Assembly: GCA_020429545.1 (NCBI GenBank)
Contig: JAGQLF010000001.1
Location: 1 to 36,646 of the forward strand
Direction: 5' to 3'
Length of the DNA stretch: 36,646 nucleotides
From: Candidatus Dojkabacteria bacterium
GTDB taxonomy: Bacteria > Patescibacteriota > Dojkabacteria > J137
In this document: one piece after another, positions 7,311 through 15,571 of the stretch
Numbering within the stretch: the stretch's first letter is position 1
Layout: each line of letters begins with the position of its first letter
Notes under the pieces: generated by a model
Told to the model about the DNA's origin: nothing
Databases searched by the model: none
The model's input: the letters and a program-made list of their open reading frames with translations, nothing else
Program-made: the position numbers and the translations under genes

Positions 7311-10300
7311 GTGAAAATTACAAATATTAGAAGAAGTAGACAACTACTGCTTTTTGTTTTTGTTGCACTTTTTGGGATTTTACTTATTATTCCCTTTGAA
7401 AAAGTAAATATAATCAATGCAGCAACATTAACTTGGGATGGTGGTGGTGGAGACAACAATTGGAGTACATGTGCAAACTGGACAACAGATACATGCCCAG
7501 GTACATTAGATACTGTTATATTTGATGGTACAAGCACAAAAGATGCTGCAATTGATGCAAGTTTTACTGGGATAGTAAGATATCTTACTATAAGTTCTGG
7601 CTACACTGGTACCATTACTGCTAATAGATCGATTACAGTAGTATTAAATTTTGGACAAGCAGATGGCATTTTTGATTTGACAGATCAAAGTGGAACTTTT
7701 ACAACTACAAATATAACCGGAGGCTTGTTCACCGCATCATCTACAGATACTACTTTCAAAGGTCCACTTACCATTGATAATTCTAGTTATTTTGATGCAA
7801 ATGGAGGTAATGTAATTCTAGCTCCGGCCAGTAATGTAACCTATACTTATACCTGTAATAATACCGTTTTCAATCAGGTAACAATTTCACCTGTTGCTGC
7901 AAATGCTACGCTAAATATGACTGATAGTTGTAATTTTCCTTTAGGTAGTAACCCAACAATTAGTTCATCTTCAACAATCAAAGTTTATGGAGACTTAAGT
8001 GGTACTGGTGAGTTGGGATGGCCAGCTGCTAATTTACAAATCTATTCAACTGGTACATTAACTGGATTTAGTGGCTATAACACTGGTGCTTTGAGGCTTA
8101 CTGGAAAGACACTAGATTGGTCAGGGGCAACTACCTTTGCTATGACTGGTAATCTAACTATTGAATCTAGTGGTGGTCTGACACTTCCCTTGCCTACCGG
8201 TACAATACAAATATACGATTTAACTGTATCAACTTCTAGTACTTTTACAGCTTCTTCTGGGACTATGAATGTAAGAGGCGATATCACCCTATCAAATGGT
8301 ACGACATTCGATTCAAATGGAGGAACCATTAATTTAAATCCAACAGGGAATGTATCTTACGATTGCTATAGTCATACATTTGATTTAATTACTATTAATC
8401 CTGTAAATAATAATATTGATCTTAATATAAACTCTACATGTAACTTTCCTCTTGGTGATAATCCAACAATAACTGGAACCAATGTCGATTTAAATTTAGA
8501 TGGGACACTTTCTGGTACAGGTACATTAACAGCCAGTGCCGATAATCTATTTGTAGTTTCCGGCAGTATACTGTCTGGGTTTGATGGCTTAGAAGTTAGC
8601 AGACTTTATATTAATGGAGCAAATCTAGACCTAAGTAGTTATTCAACCTTAATAACCAACAGTAATTTTGAATTGATTTCAGGAAGTTTTGTTGCACCAT
8701 CTGGAGAAATGGAGGTAAAAGCAAATTTCTACCATACTGCAGGAACTTTTACACATAATAGTGGAACTATTAATTTTTCTGGAACTGGGATTCAAACAAT
8801 AACTGGCTCAACGACTTTTAATAATTTTACAAAAGTAATGACTGCAGATGTATCAAGTAGTTTAAGATTTACAAGTAATACAACTCAAACTATCGAGGGA
8901 GATATGACATTGCATGGATACAGCGATAGTCAAAGATTGAATTTGATTGCAAGCAGCAATACTGTTCAGTGGAATATTGATCCACAAGGAACAAGAGATT
9001 TACAGTATCTAAGTGTTAAAGATTCAAATAATATAAATGCAAGTGTAATAGTACTTAGTGGTACTGGAAGCAACGATGCAGGAAATAATACTAATTACGA
9101 TTTTGCGAATAGTGCCCCAGATGCTCCTAATACCCTAGGACCTTCAGGATATGTGAATGGAAGTTCAGATACCGATACAACTCCCACATTGACATTTAAA
9201 ATATCAGATGTAGCAAATCCTTTAGATACTCTACGATTTAGAATTCAGATTTCAGATACCAATGACTTTTCTAATGTTTTAGTAGATTACACATCTGCCC
9301 TAGCAGCTGCTGGAAGTAAAACTTTTACTGTTGGGCAAGCAGTAGGTAGCGGAACATATAATGTGGGGTCAATTGGACAAACTTTAGATAGTGATAGCTA
9401 TTATTGGAGAGTTAAGACCATAGATAACAGTGCTGCGGAATCTGCTTATTCAACTGCAAATTCAGGGTCAATTGCGTTTATAGTAGCTGGGTATCCTAAC
9501 TTACCTTATGCTTTTGGACCTGCGAATAAAATCGATGGGTCAGACTCAACCGAAGGACAACCTAACCTTTATTTTACCTTAGATGATCCTAATGCAGGGG
9601 ATACTGTTAAATACCAAATACAAATTTCCTTAGCAAGTGATTTTTCTACACAAGTTGTAGATTACACATCTGATTTAAGAGCACAGGGTGTTTCTAATTT
9701 TACTGTTGGTCAAGCAGCTGGTAGTGGAAGCTATACAACTGGAAGTTCTGGACAATCACTAGGGAGTGGAAGCTACTACTGGAGAGTTAAAGCAATTGAC
9801 ATTAATAATGAAGAATCTGTATTTAAAGCTGCTTCATTTGGGGGAATTGCTTTTGTAGTATCAAATCCTCCAGATGCACCAACCAACCTAGGACCTAATT
9901 TGTTAATTACTGGGGGCTTATCTACAGATGATACACCTACATTCTCATTTGACTTATCCGATTCAGATGTAGGAGATACAGTAAAGTACAGAATTGATAT
10001 TTCCACAAATAGTGACTACTCTGCTCTAGCCGCCAGTTTTACTTCGGCACTTAGTGCTCAAGGTTCCGCTAGTTTTACTGTAGGACAGTCTTTAAACGGT
10101 GGATCATATTTTCATGGATCTGTTGGAATGGATCTAAATGATGGTGACTATTATTGGAGGGTTAAAGCAATAGATAGCAATGGTGTTGAAGGTACTTACA
10201 CACTAGCTAACGCTGGTGGAATTGCCTTTTCAGTTGGAGGTAATCCGCCAGATACACCTTCCTCTCCAGGTCCAGTAAATCTAATAAATGGTTCTGTAAT

Positions 10301-12170
10301 TCAACAGCAGCAGCCTAGCTTTACCTTTTATATTTCAGATCCAGATTTAGATCAAGTGAAATATAGGATACAAATTTCAAAACGTTCTTCTTTTAATCCC
10401 GTTTTAATAAACTACGAATCTGCATTTGGATCAATCGGAACTAAAACATTCACCGTTGGACAAGCTTCAAATGGAGGTACATATTACTCAGGTTCAGAAG
10501 GTCAGGTTTTAGCACCTGGTGATTATTATTGGAAGATAAGGGCAATTGATATATCTGAATTGGGTTCTCCGTATCTAATACCAAATGGAGCCAATGTTGC
10601 TTTCACGGTATCCAGTGATAATGCAAACTCAGACACTCCATTAGAATATGTACCTGAATTACCAGCAGAGGTAGTTGTAGAGGTAGAAGAAAGTACGTCA
10701 AATGAAGAATCTACAAGTTCTGGCTCTGGTTCATCTTCATCACAACCTACTATAAAATTGAATTTATCAGACTCAAACTCATCTCAACAACTCCAATTTC
10801 AAATTGAGATCGACAATGAATCAGACTATGAAGATCCAGAAGTAATTTATAAGTCCGGATTGATGGAACAAGGTGAGGCTAGTTTTGTTGTGGGTCAGAC
10901 AACTGGTGATGGCCAATATTTAAATGGTTCTGAAGGACAAATATTGGGAGCTGGCGATTATTATGTACGAGCAAAAACTATTGATGAAAAGAGTAATGAG
11001 TCCGAATATTTTTATATAAATAATGGTAGTGTTGCATTTATAATCACTCCATCGTCAGAGTTGGAAATTATTCCCCCTACTGAAATTTCTACTAACAATA
11101 ACCCAACCAGTCCTGGAAATGATAGCGAAGGAATAAATAACCTAAGTGATTTGCATGATGTCCAGATTGAGCAAAATGGCCTAAATGCTATAGGTGAAGA
11201 AAATTCACCAGGTGATGTTTCAGCATCAGCACAAGAAGTTTATGTAGAAACAAAAACACTTGCAAAAGCTTTTACTGAAACTATCAGTAAAGAACCTATA
11301 ACCATACCTTTAGCTGTAGTAGCTACCACAACTCTTGCTACTCTAATTGCGTATCCTAGAATAATTCTTTTGATGATTGTTGTAATTAAAAATATGTTTA
11401 GGAAAAAGAAACAATGGGGAATTGTTTATGATAAAAACACTCTATCTATAATACCATTGGCTACAATTAGGCTCTATTCTTCAGATAATAAATACTTAAG
11501 AGAGACAATCACTGATTTTAAGGGACAATATGGTTTTGTTGTAGACGCTGGTGATTATATACTCCAAATAAAGCACTCTGAGTATATAAGCACAAAAGAG
11601 AAAATTAGAATTGAGAAGGAAGAAGACTTGTTAACAAGCGACATTGAGCTAAATAAAAGTAACAAAAAAAGAATGTCCATCTTCAAAAAAATACAGAAGT
11701 CTATGCGAGAACGATTGCCTTCTATTTGGCAAGGATTATTCTTTATAGGGTTCGCAGTAGCTGTTATTTCATTTATAAATGCGAGTGAAGCACCCAATCT
11801 GTTTATATTACTTATGTTTGTTTTCTCAATAGCATTTTATACGTTTAGATCAATCATATTCGCTAGTCCATGGGGATATTTATATGATTTATCAGATAAT
11901 TCAAGAATATCTAGGGCAATAGTCCGAGTAATTAATACTAAAAATAATAAAGTCGAAGAAATAACGGTTACCGATGAAAAAGGTAGATTCCTAATTAAAA
12001 ATAAGAAAGGAAACTATAAACTAATGATTAGTTCAGATAAATACACTCTACCTGATTCAGAAAATCAAAACATTTCTATAAAAGAATTGAATAATTCAAG
12101 CCTAAAAATTGGATTAGAAAAATCTGCTGATACTTCTAAAAATAATGTAGCAAAATTTGGTGTGTTATAG
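7311..12170 (+). CDS. giant (1619 aa) repeat-rich cell-surface protein with C-terminal membrane-embedded module
   Basis: GTG start and an N-terminal signal/anchor helix. LTWDGGGGDNNWSTCANWT motif followed by a T/S/G/N-rich beta-helix-like region with ~172-aa modules. Five ~124-aa tandem beta-sandwich-like domains share P-D-A-P..LGP, KYRIQIS, FTVGQ and YYWRVKAID. An acidic/serine linker follows, then three TM helices interleaved with two CarboxypepD_reg-like segments (GIVYDKNT.., GYLYDLSD..). Confidence 0.85.
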   Translation: MKITNIRRSRQLLLFVFVALFGILLIIPFEKVNIINAATLTWDGGGGDNNWSTCANWTTDTCPGTLDTVIFDGTSTKDAAIDASFTGIVRYLTISSGYTGTITANRSITVVLNFGQADGIFDLTDQSGTFTTTNITGGLFTASSTDTTFKGPLTIDNSSYFDANGGNVILAPASNVTYTYTCNNTVFNQVTISPVAANATLNMTDSCNFPLGSNPTISSSSTIKVYGDLSGTGELGWPAANLQIYSTGTLTGFSGYNTGALRLTGKTLDWSGATTFAMTGNLTIESSGGLTLPLPTGTIQIYDLTVSTSSTFTASSGTMNVRGDITLSNGTTFDSNGGTINLNPTGNVSYDCYSHTFDLITINPVNNNIDLNINSTCNFPLGDNPTITGTNVDLNLDGTLSGTGTLTASADNLFVVSGSILSGFDGLEVSRLYINGANLDLSSYSTLITNSNFELISGSFVAPSGEMEVKANFYHTAGTFTHNSGTINFSGTGIQTITGSTTFNNFTKVMTADVSSSLRFTSNTTQTIEGDMTLHGYSDSQRLNLIASSNTVQWNIDPQGTRDLQYLSVKDSNNINASVIVLSGTGSNDAGNNTNYDFANSAPDAPNTLGPSGYVNGSSDTDTTPTLTFKISDVANPLDTLRFRIQISDTNDFSNVLVDYTSALAAAGSKTFTVGQAVGSGTYNVGSIGQTLDSDSYYWRVKTIDNSAAESAYSTANSGSIAFIVAGYPNLPYAFGPANKIDGSDSTEGQPNLYFTLDDPNAGDTVKYQIQISLASDFSTQVVDYTSDLRAQGVSNFTVGQAAGSGSYTTGSSGQSLGSGSYYWRVKAIDINNEESVFKAASFGGIAFVVSNPPDAPTNLGPNLLITGGLSTDDTPTFSFDLSDSDVGDTVKYRIDISTNSDYSALAASFTSALSAQGSASFTVGQSLNGGSYFHGSVGMDLNDGDYYWRVKAIDSNGVEGTYTLANAGGIAFSVGGNPPDTPSSPGPVNLINGSVIQQQQPSFTFYISDPDLDQVKYRIQISKRSSFNPVLINYESAFGSIGTKTFTVGQASNGGTYYSGSEGQVLAPGDYYWKIRAIDISELGSPYLIPNGANVAFTVSSDNANSDTPLEYVPELPAEVVVEVEESTSNEESTSSGSGSSSSQPTIKLNLSDSNSSQQLQFQIEIDNESDYEDPEVIYKSGLMEQGEASFVVGQTTGDGQYLNGSEGQILGAGDYYVRAKTIDEKSNESEYFYINNGSVAFIITPSSELEIIPPTEISTNNNPTSPGNDSEGINNLSDLHDVQIEQNGLNAIGEENSPGDVSASAQEVYVETKTLAKAFTETISKEPITIPLAVVATTTLATLIAYPRIILLMIVVIKNMFRKKKQWGIVYDKNTLSIIPLATIRLYSSDNKYLRETITDFKGQYGFVVDAGDYILQIKHSEYISTKEKIRIEKEEDLLTSDIELNKSNKKRMSIFKKIQKSMRERLPSIWQGLFFIGFAVAVISFINASEAPNLFILLMFVFSIAFYTFRSIIFASPWGYLYDLSDNSRISRAIVRVINTKNNKVEEITVTDEKGRFLIKNKKGNYKLMISSDKYTLPDSENQNISIKELNNSSLKIGLEKSADTSKNNVAKFGVL
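7791..8822 (+). repeat. internal ~516-nt (172-aa) module repeat in the N-terminal beta-helix-like region of the giant protein
   Basis: FDANGGNVILAPASNVTYTYTCNNTVFNQVTISP..CNFPLGSNPTI..LSGTGEL (from 7791) is paralleled by FDSNGGTINLNPTGNVSYDCYSHTFDLITINP..CNFPLGDNPTI..LSGTGTL (from 8307). A third partial module starts near 8750 (HNSGTINFSGTG). Confidence 0.7.
9111..11046 (+). repeat. five tandem ~372-375-nt (124-125 aa) domain repeats inside the giant protein
   Basis: Units start at about 9111, 9489, 9861, 10236 and, after a ~130-nt acidic/Ser linker, 10743. Protein motifs are conserved but the DNA has diverged, so the duplication is old. Confidence 0.85.
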
Positions 12171-12233
12171 AAATTGTAATGCAATACAATGTTTATTTTT
12201 CCTAATTTTGTTAAATTTAACTCACCAAGTATT

Positions 12234-12242
12234 TGTTAGAAT
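12234..12242 (+). promoter_or_regulatory. extended -10 promoter (TGTTAGAAT) with leaderless geometry for the xAFD-repeat gene
   Basis: TGnTAGAAT ends 6 nt before the A of ATG 12249, which places +1 on the start codon. There is no SD. Confidence 0.4.
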
Positions 12243-12248
12243 ATATTT

Positions 12249-12725
12249 ATGTCTTTAACTAAACAGGATTTACAATTAATTAAAGAAGTCGTAGGTGAGG
12301 TATTTGATGAGAAATTCCAGCCTGCATTTGATATTGCATTTGAACGTAGTTTTCAATCTGCGTTTGATAAAGCTTTCAATAAAGCTTTTGGGCCAGCTTT
12401 TGATAAGGCTTTTGATAAGGCTTTTGATATTGCATTTGATAGAGCTTTTGATAAAAGATTTAAACCTGCCTTCGAAGAGGCATTTGATGAAAAACTTACT
12501 ATAATTCAATCTATGATTTCAGAATCAGCAATTGCCCAAACAGACATAATGTTTAAATATTTTGCAAGTAAAGATGATTTAGATATAGCAGTTGAAAAAT
12601 TAACTAGTACAAGTTTAGATTCAAGAGTTATTACTTTAGAAAAGACAGTTGCTAATCATAGTTACAAATTAGATGTTGATCCGTTACCTTGGATTGAAGA
12701 AAAACTAAAATCTTTAAAAAATTGA
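12249..12725 (+). CDS. small protein with 16 consecutive xxFx (mostly xAFD) tetrad repeats
   Basis: 158-aa ORF. Phe occurs at residues 19, 23, ... 79 with exact 4-residue spacing (KAFDKAFDIAFDRAFD..). The C-terminal ~75 aa is non-repetitive and probably helical. TGA stop is followed directly by TAA. Confidence 0.6.
   Translation: MSLTKQDLQLIKEVVGEVFDEKFQPAFDIAFERSFQSAFDKAFNKAFGPAFDKAFDKAFDIAFDRAFDKRFKPAFEEAFDEKLTIIQSMISESAIAQTDIMFKYFASKDDLDIAVEKLTSTSLDSRVITLEKTVANHSYKLDVDPLPWIEEKLKSLKN
12297..12500 (+). repeat. 12-nt (4-codon) tandem repeat, about 17 units (consensus GCTTTTGATAAG)
   Basis: Read directly from the sequence. The repeat has no stops in other frames, which explains ORF-track artefacts 12276-12509(-) and 12295-12504(+). 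Confidence 0.9.
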
Positions 12726-12767
12726 TAAGAGCATATTCATTTAATTTTCTTTATAAACTAATAAGAA

Positions 12768-12776
12768 TGATATAAT
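12768..12776 (+). promoter_or_regulatory. extended -10 promoter (TGATATAAT) for tRNA-Leu
   Basis: Perfect TGnTATAAT ends 10 nt before the mature tRNA 5' end at 12787. Confidence 0.5.
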
Positions 12777-12786
12777 TCATTGCAAT

Positions 12787-12872
12787 GCCGAAGTGGTGGA
12801 ACTGGTAGACACGCCGGACTCAAAATCCGGTGGAGGTTATACTTCGTGAGGGTTCGAGTCCCTCCTTCGGTA
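12787..12872 (+). tRNA. tRNA-Leu (anticodon CAA), class II
   Basis: Acceptor GCCGAAG/CTTCGGT (G1:U72 wobble). D-arm GTGGAACTGGTAGACAC. Anticodon arm CCGGA-CTCAAAA-TCCGG. Long variable arm. T-arm GAGGG-TTCGAGT-CCCTC. Discriminator A. CCA is not encoded. Confidence 0.9.
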
Positions 12873-13040
12873 TGAAAAATTTACTAAAAAAGTTAGCAGA
12901 GTTTTCATTATTAAATTAAGTCTAGAACCGACGGTTCGACTCTGATTTTCTGCACGAAGTAATAAGTGCATAGAAAATCGAGATCCTTTTTCAATAAGAT
13001 CATTGCGACGAAGTAGCAATATGATCGCATTGAAATAAGA

Positions 13041-13058
13041 GAGTCCCTCCTTCGGTAT
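13041..13058 (+). repeat. 18-nt direct copy of the tRNA-Leu 3' end (att-like scar)
   Basis: GAGTCCCTCCTTCGGTAT at 13041-13058 is identical to 12856-12873. It abuts the dnaB stop codon. The two copies bracket 167 nt of non-coding, hairpin-rich DNA. Confidence 0.85.
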
Positions 13059-14372
13059 TTACTCAACCTCAAGATATCTCTGTTGAGCTCCAATAAATTT
13101 AAGCTTAGCTCCTCCAATTGGTCCATTCCTGTGTTTTGCAACAGTAAAATGAATAAGCGGCTCTTCATCTTCGTCATCATCATCAGTAGGACTTTCTCTA
13201 TTTAAAAACATTACAACATCTGCATCTTGCTCAATAGATCCAGACTCTCTCAAATCTGAAAGTTGAGGAGTTCTATCTGATCTATTTTCAACTGCTCGGT
13301 TAAGCTGTGACAAACAAATAACTGGAATTTCGAGTTCTCTTGCAAGAATCTTTAAAGATCTAGACATTTCACCAACTGCCTGTGCTCTATTTTCAATATC
13401 TCTTGCTTGCATAAGCTGAAGATAGTCAATAATAATCATATCTAGCCCTTTTTCTAACATTAGTCTTCTTGCCTTACTTCTCAACTGCATAATTGTTATT
13501 CCTGGAGTTTCATCGATCAGAATATTTGATTCAGAAAGCTTTCCTGCTCCTTCTGGGTATCTTTTAAACTCTTGATCAGTCATTTTTCCCATTCGAATAT
13601 TCCACAAATCTACCTGAATTTGTTGAGCTAACATTCTCTCCATTACCTGAAGAGCAGGCATTTCTAGCGAAAATATTGCAACTGTCTTCTTCTCGTTTAC
13701 AGCTACGTTTCTTGCAATATTAAATGCAAAGGCACTTTTTCCTGTACCTGGACGTGCAGCTAAAATTACAAGATCTGATGTATGAAATCCTCCTAAAATT
13801 TTATCTACATTTCTAAATCCGCTTGGTAGTCCTCTTAAAGCATCGGGATTTTTTGCATACTCATCGGCCTTCTGCATTTGCAGTTCTAGTAAAGTTGCAG
13901 AGTCTAAGAAATCTTGTTTTGTATTATCTTTTGATAGTTCAACAACATGCTGTTCTACTCCACTCAAAATATCTTCAATACTTTCACTTTCATTTCTAGA
14001 TTGTTCATCCAACTGCGCACCAAAAGTTATAAGACTTCTTCGAATGAACATTTCTCTAACAATCTCTGCATACTTTGATACATTTGCTGAAGTTGGTACT
14101 TCAGAAATTATTTCTGAAAGATAAACCCCACCGCCTACTTGTTTAAACTTTTTAGTTTTTTTAAGTTCTGCAGTTAGAGTTAGCACATCAATAGGACTAT
14201 TTGTCCTATAAAGATTCATCATTGCATCAAAAATTAATTGATGTTTAGGATCGTAAAAGAAGTCTGGTTTTAGGACATCGGCCACTTTATCAGTGACCTC
14301 ATTATCTATCAAAACAGATCCTATAACTGCTCTTTCTGCCTCTAGGTTTTGAGGTGGAATTCTATCTGCCAA
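13059..14372 (-). CDS. dnaB: replicative DNA helicase DnaB
   Basis: N-terminal PPQNLEAERAVIGSVL. Walker A ARPGTGKSAFAFN. Walker B IIIDYLQLM. SQLNR and ESGSIEQDADVV motifs. Apparent TTG start, with no in-frame ATG upstream. Confidence 0.95.
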   Translation of the reverse strand: MADRIPPQNLEAERAVIGSVLIDNEVTDKVADVLKPDFFYDPKHQLIFDAMMNLYRTNSPIDVLTLTAELKKTKKFKQVGGGVYLSEIISEVPTSANVSKYAEIVREMFIRRSLITFGAQLDEQSRNESESIEDILSGVEQHVVELSKDNTKQDFLDSATLLELQMQKADEYAKNPDALRGLPSGFRNVDKILGGFHTSDLVILAARPGTGKSAFAFNIARNVAVNEKKTVAIFSLEMPALQVMERMLAQQIQVDLWNIRMGKMTDQEFKRYPEGAGKLSESNILIDETPGITIMQLRSKARRLMLEKGLDMIIIDYLQLMQARDIENRAQAVGEMSRSLKILARELEIPVICLSQLNRAVENRSDRTPQLSDLRESGSIEQDADVVMFLNRESPTDDDDEDEEPLIHFTVAKHRNGPIGGAKLKFIGAQQRYLEVE

Positions 14373-14376
14373 AACT

Positions 14377-14925
14377 TTATTTTAATAGATAAGAAGTTGT
14401 TGAGGAATCTTCATCCTCAGATAAATCTTTCTCGGTAATATTTATTTTAGAATCTTCTGCTGCAAGTGGATAATCACTTTGAACTCCAGACTTTGTTTTA
14501 TCGTCAGGAGTAAATCCTGCAAAGTCCTCTACAAAAACTATAAATTCTGGACCGATTTTTCGCAAGATACCTTTTAGTTTGGAATCGTTAACTAACGGTG
14601 CAACAACAATATTAGCGTCTGGCATTTTATCAATAGCTTCTTTTGATAGTTCAAAATTCTTTCCTAAAATTACAATATTAAGGTATAGAGTGTCTGAAAC
14701 AGATGCAACATTTGGTTTTCCTTGAAAATCCTCTGATTTATCTTCTAAAAGAACAAAATGTAGTCCTTTTATTCCATATTCACCTGGTCTGTCTAAAGAC
14801 GAAATATCGTCTCCCTCAACTACTTTTAAACTGTAGTAGCCATTACTATCAACTTCTAGCATCACTTTAAGTGAGTTTGTGGGTTTGATTTGTATACTAT
14901 TCTTAGAAATCTTTTTGAATTCCAT
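14377..14925 (-). CDS. hypothetical protein, co-oriented 4 nt upstream of dnaB
   Basis: ORF with an acidic/Ser-rich tail. The ORF-track start at 14934 is TTG; ATG 14925 (MEFKK) is preferred. No confident family. It occupies the slot where rplI often precedes dnaB but does not look like L9. Confidence 0.55.
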   Translation of the reverse strand: MEFKKISKNSIQIKPTNSLKVMLEVDSNGYYSLKVVEGDDISSLDRPGEYGIKGLHFVLLEDKSEDFQGKPNVASVSDTLYLNIVILGKNFELSKEAIDKMPDANIVVAPLVNDSKLKGILRKIGPEFIVFVEDFAGFTPDDKTKSGVQSDYPLAAEDSKINITEKDLSEDEDSSTTSYLLK

Positions 14926-15098
14926 TAAAATCAAAACTAAAAAATATTCTTTACAAGTTTATCATAACTAATCTAGTGAAAAATCAAACTTATGTACCAC
15001 AGATTAACTAGTACGTGGGGTTTTGGGGATAGCCTTTCCATGAAATGAACGAGAAATAATTTACTTCAGAAGAAAATGCTATTCTCCAAGGCTTTTTG

Positions 15099-15126
15099 TA
15101 GTACTTTTGTGCCTACAAAAGTACTA
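15099..15126. promoter_or_regulatory. perfect 12-bp inverted repeat (TAGTACTTTTGT-gcct-ACAAAAGTACTA) in a divergent intergenic region
   Basis: Read directly from the sequence. It lies between the minus-strand gene start at 14925 and the rpmE promoter, and uses the same AGTACT words as the tRNA-flanking hairpins. Confidence 0.5.
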
Positions 15127-15175
15127 AATAGTTAATTGATATATAAATACTAGTCGCTCAGATCCTATTTCTTCC

Positions 15176-15204
15176 TTTACATAGTATGCATTCAAAGCTA
15201 TAAT
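15176..15204 (+). promoter_or_regulatory. sigma70-like promoter for rpmE (TTTACA-N17-TATAAT)
   Basis: -35 at 15176-15181 and -10 at 15199-15204 with a 17-nt spacer. It lies about 30 nt upstream of ATG 15236. Confidence 0.5.
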
Positions 15205-15235
15205 TTACAACGAATTTAGGTAATATATAGAAAAT

Positions 15236-15553
15236 ATGAAAAAAGGAATACACCCAAAGTGGAACAAAGAAGCAAAGGTTATTTTCAACGGAAAAGCAGT
15301 TATGACTGTTGGTTCAACATCTGACGAAATCAATACAGAAATTTGGTCAGGAAACCACCCTTTCTATACTGGTCAAGAAATTCTTGTTGATACAGATAAC
15401 CTTGTAGAAAAGTTCAATAAAAAATTAGAAGAAGCAAAGAATAAACCTACAAACTCAAGAGCAAGAAAACTTGCTAAGAGAAGAAGAGCAAAAACTGATA
15501 GTGCTGCAAAAACAGAAGTAACACTAAGAGATATGCTTAAAGACTTCAAATAG
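15236..15553 (+). CDS. rpmE: 50S ribosomal protein L31 (type B, no CxxC) with basic C-terminal extension
   Basis: MKKGIHPKW...GNHPFYTGQ core typical of L31. 105 aa because of a K/R-rich tail. Confidence 0.9.
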   Translation: MKKGIHPKWNKEAKVIFNGKAVMTVGSTSDEINTEIWSGNHPFYTGQEILVDTDNLVEKFNKKLEEAKNKPTNSRARKLAKRRRAKTDSAAKTEVTLRDMLKDFK

Positions 15554-15571
15554 AAATTTTTAACTCGTAAG

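Noticed and set aside
12173-12200. ATTGTA-atgcaa-TACAAT hairpin followed by GTTTATTTTT as a terminator for the giant protein gene.
   Set aside because: It is a 6-bp all-A/T-rich stem and thermodynamically weak. It is plausible but not supportable from sequence alone.
12276-12509. Two extra ORFs (12276-12509 minus, 12295-12504 plus) overlapping the xAFD-repeat gene.
   Set aside because: They are artefacts of the 12-nt tandem repeat, which lacks stop codons in several frames. Only the 12249-12725 frame continues into a non-repetitive domain and has a promoter-like element.
12837-13183. ORFs 12837-13019 and 12911-13183 (minus) spanning the tRNA-Leu 3' region and the end of dnaB.
   Set aside because: They overlap the tRNA, the att-like repeat and the dnaB 3' end. 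Their translations are low complexity, and the region is better explained as non-coding hairpin-rich DNA.
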